From contig NC_068981.1 of NCBI RefSeq assembly GCF_001194135.2, positions 166,893,549 to 166,957,548 of the forward strand: DNA of 64,000 nucleotides, read 5' to 3'. This document shows, piece by piece, positions 62,128 to 64,000 of this stretch. The notes beneath the pieces were generated by a model. The model did no database searches and had not been told where the DNA came from. It saw only the letters and a program-made list of their open reading frames with translations. Both the position numbers and the translations under genes were made by a program. Each line of letters begins with the position of its first letter. Position 1 is the first letter of the stretch. The stretch is from Octopus bimaculoides. Taxonomy: Eukaryota.

Positions 62128-62472
62128 GTGCAACTATCATTAACACCACAACAGACAGGAGAACTACGAATTGTGGGTATTGCTTATAATCTAGGTACTA
62201 ATTCTCTTCAGTCATCAAACAGTACCAACAGTTTGATATTAAATGATGGGAATTTAACTGGAACAACAGTGACAACATCGACATCTGCCACAACTCCTGG
62301 TACTGGACCGACGCGTGCAAATTACAGTAATTCTATCAATGTACGTGGGAAACAGCGTTTAGAAGTTCAGGGGCCTAGACTTAACAGCAACAAAGAAGAA
62401 AGAGCAAGTAAAGTTTACGGACCAGATCGCAGGCTCGATCTGGTAATAAAGCAACAAATGCCAATCCTTAAG
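62128..62472 (+). CDS. TRAPPC8: TRAPPC8 coding exon: VQLSLTPQQTGELRIVGIAYNLG...VRGKQRLEVQGPRLNSNKEERASKVYGPDRRLDLVIKQQMPILK (gene continues past the window)
   Basis: Acceptor gtttttaatAG, donor aag|GTAATC. Matches recalled GELHILGVVYNLG and VRGKQDLEIQGPRLNNTKEEKTSVKYGPDRRLDP. Confidence 0.96.
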
Positions 62473-63087
62473 GTAATCTTTCTTTGCTAAACAGGGTTAA
62501 ATATTCTTTCACATGAAAACACAAAAAATTATAGACTAATATCAATTTGAAAAATATATTAGGACATTTTAGCATGATTATTAGCCAATAAATTTTATAA
62601 ATTTAATGTATTTCTGTAATCAAACATTGCAAAAATTTGTTTTAAACACCTCAATCATGTTTTAAACANNNNNNNNNNNNNNNNNNNNNNNNNNNNNNNN
62701 NNNNNNNNNNNNNNNNNNNNNNNNNNNNNNNNNNNNNNNNNNNNNNNNNNNNNNNNNNNNNNNNNNNNNNNNNNNNNNNNNNNNNNNNNNNNNNNNNNNN
62801 NNNNNNNNNNNNNNNNNNNNNNNNNNNNNNNNNNNNNNNNNNNNNNNNNNNNNNNNNNNNNNNNNNNNNNNNNNNNNNNNNNNNNNNNNNNNNNNNNNNN
62901 NNNNNNNNNNNNNNNNNNNNNNNNNNNNNNNNNNNNNNNNNNNNNNNNNNNNNNNNNNNNNNNNNNNNNNNNNNNNNNNNNNNNNNNNNNNNNNNNNNNN
63001 NNNNNNNNNNNNNNNNNNNNNNNNNNNNNNNNNNNNNNNNNNNNNNNNNNNNNNNNNNCATATATATACATACATATATTTATAGTA

Positions 63088-63377
63088 GAAGCACATGGCC
63101 TAGTAGTTAGAGCAGCAGACTTGCGGTTGAGGGATCAAGGGTTCGAATCTCAGGCTGGGCAATATTTGTGTTTATGAGTGAAACACCTAAGCTCCACATG
63201 GCTCTGGCAAAAGGTAATGGTGAACTTCTGACTCTTTCGCCACAACTTTTTCTCACTCTTTCCTCTGCATCTAGTAGCTCACATGTGACGGACCAGTGTC
63301 CCATCCAAGTGGGGAATTTATACGCCAATGAAACTGGGAAACCAGCCTATATGAGCCAGGCATGGCTTCAGAAGGAA

Positions 63378-63378
<1 letters not shown>
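63088..63378 (+). mobile_element. tRNA-derived SINE family C with clear Pol III boxes and a central domain resembling conserved V/Meta-type SINE cores
   Basis: A box tggcctagtagttag (63096), B box ggttcgaatct (63140). Central gtgacggaccagtgtcccatccaagtgggg...gaaactgggaaacc..atgagcc, then an (AC)n tail. The domain name comes from recalled consensus and is unverified. Confidence 0.75.
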
Positions 63379-63379
<1 letters not shown>

Positions 63380-63444
<65 letters not shown>

Positions 63445-63732
63445 NNNNNNNNNNNNNNNNNNNNNNNNNNNNNNNNNNNNNNNNNNNNNNNNNNNNNNNN
63501 NNNNNNNNNNNNNNNNNNNNNNNNNNNNNNNNNNNNNNNNNNNNNNNNNNNNNNNNNNNNNNNNNNNNNNNNNNNNNNNNNNNNNNNNTACACATATATA
63601 TATACATATATATACATGCGTATATATACTTATATATATATATATATATGCATATATATACATGCATATATATACTTATATATATATATATACACACACA
63701 CATACATACATACATACATATATATATATATA
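63380..63732. repeat. (CA)n/(TA)n microsatellite around a 144-N gap (63445-63588)
   Basis: Read directly. Shorter tracts also occur at about 4508-4545, 14880-14980, 16095-16145, 21382-21410, 28497-28518, 35612-35634 and 50340-50540. Confidence 0.92.
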
Positions 63733-64000
63733 GCATAATTTGAATATATTCATTAGAATATATGCCAAGTTGAATCAGAATATTTTAGAATCAATTAGAA
63801 TGTTTTGCTTAAAGAAATAAACAAACATTAAATAATATTCTTTATAATAAATGTTTACAAACATTAATTTTTATTGTAATTATTTTCAAAATATAATAGA
63901 GAGAAAGTGATCAAGATTTGATGAAGAGGTTAAGAGTTTCGTAACAAAATAGCATATATAGATGTATCTGTTTGATTTAATTTTTATAAAACTTACATCT

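Noticed and set aside
328-62478. U12-type introns in TRAPPC8
   Set aside because: None of the 14 donors reads GTATCCTT or ATATCCTT; all look U2-type.
63088-63160. tRNA gene
   Set aside because: A and B boxes are present but I see no complete cloverleaf, and the sequence runs on into a SINE body with an (AC)n tail.

Overview
AT-rich eukaryotic (animal) genomic DNA with six assembly gaps. The SINE/RTE repeat families and microsatellite load look like an octopus genome; that assignment is inference from recalled repeat sequences. The window lies entirely inside one plus-strand gene, TRAPPC8 (Trs85, TRAPPIII subunit). I traced 14 coding exons by hand with GT-AG junctions and matching phases, from 165 to 62472. 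One required exon (the SRKG...KKWF exon) is absent from the called sequence and most likely lies in the 47935-48705 gap. One intron (328-42868, 42,541 bp) fills two-thirds of the window. Repeats include a near-full-length decayed cecropia-type mariner, a 5'-truncated RTE LINE whose 3' UTR has expanded into a CCACGTGG (E-box) minisatellite, TTAA-flanked piggyBac-like MITEs, several tRNA-derived SINE families and many old LINE or integrase relics. Most ORFs in the supplied track are microsatellite, gap or transposon-shadow artefacts. The best leads are hypotheses: several frame-preserving latent cassette or micro-exons in TRAPPC8, a splice acceptor that one A-to-I edit would turn into a NAGNAG, inverted repeat pairs that could form ADAR substrates, and the E-box array. 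No prokaryotic-type system (CRISPR, operon) is present.
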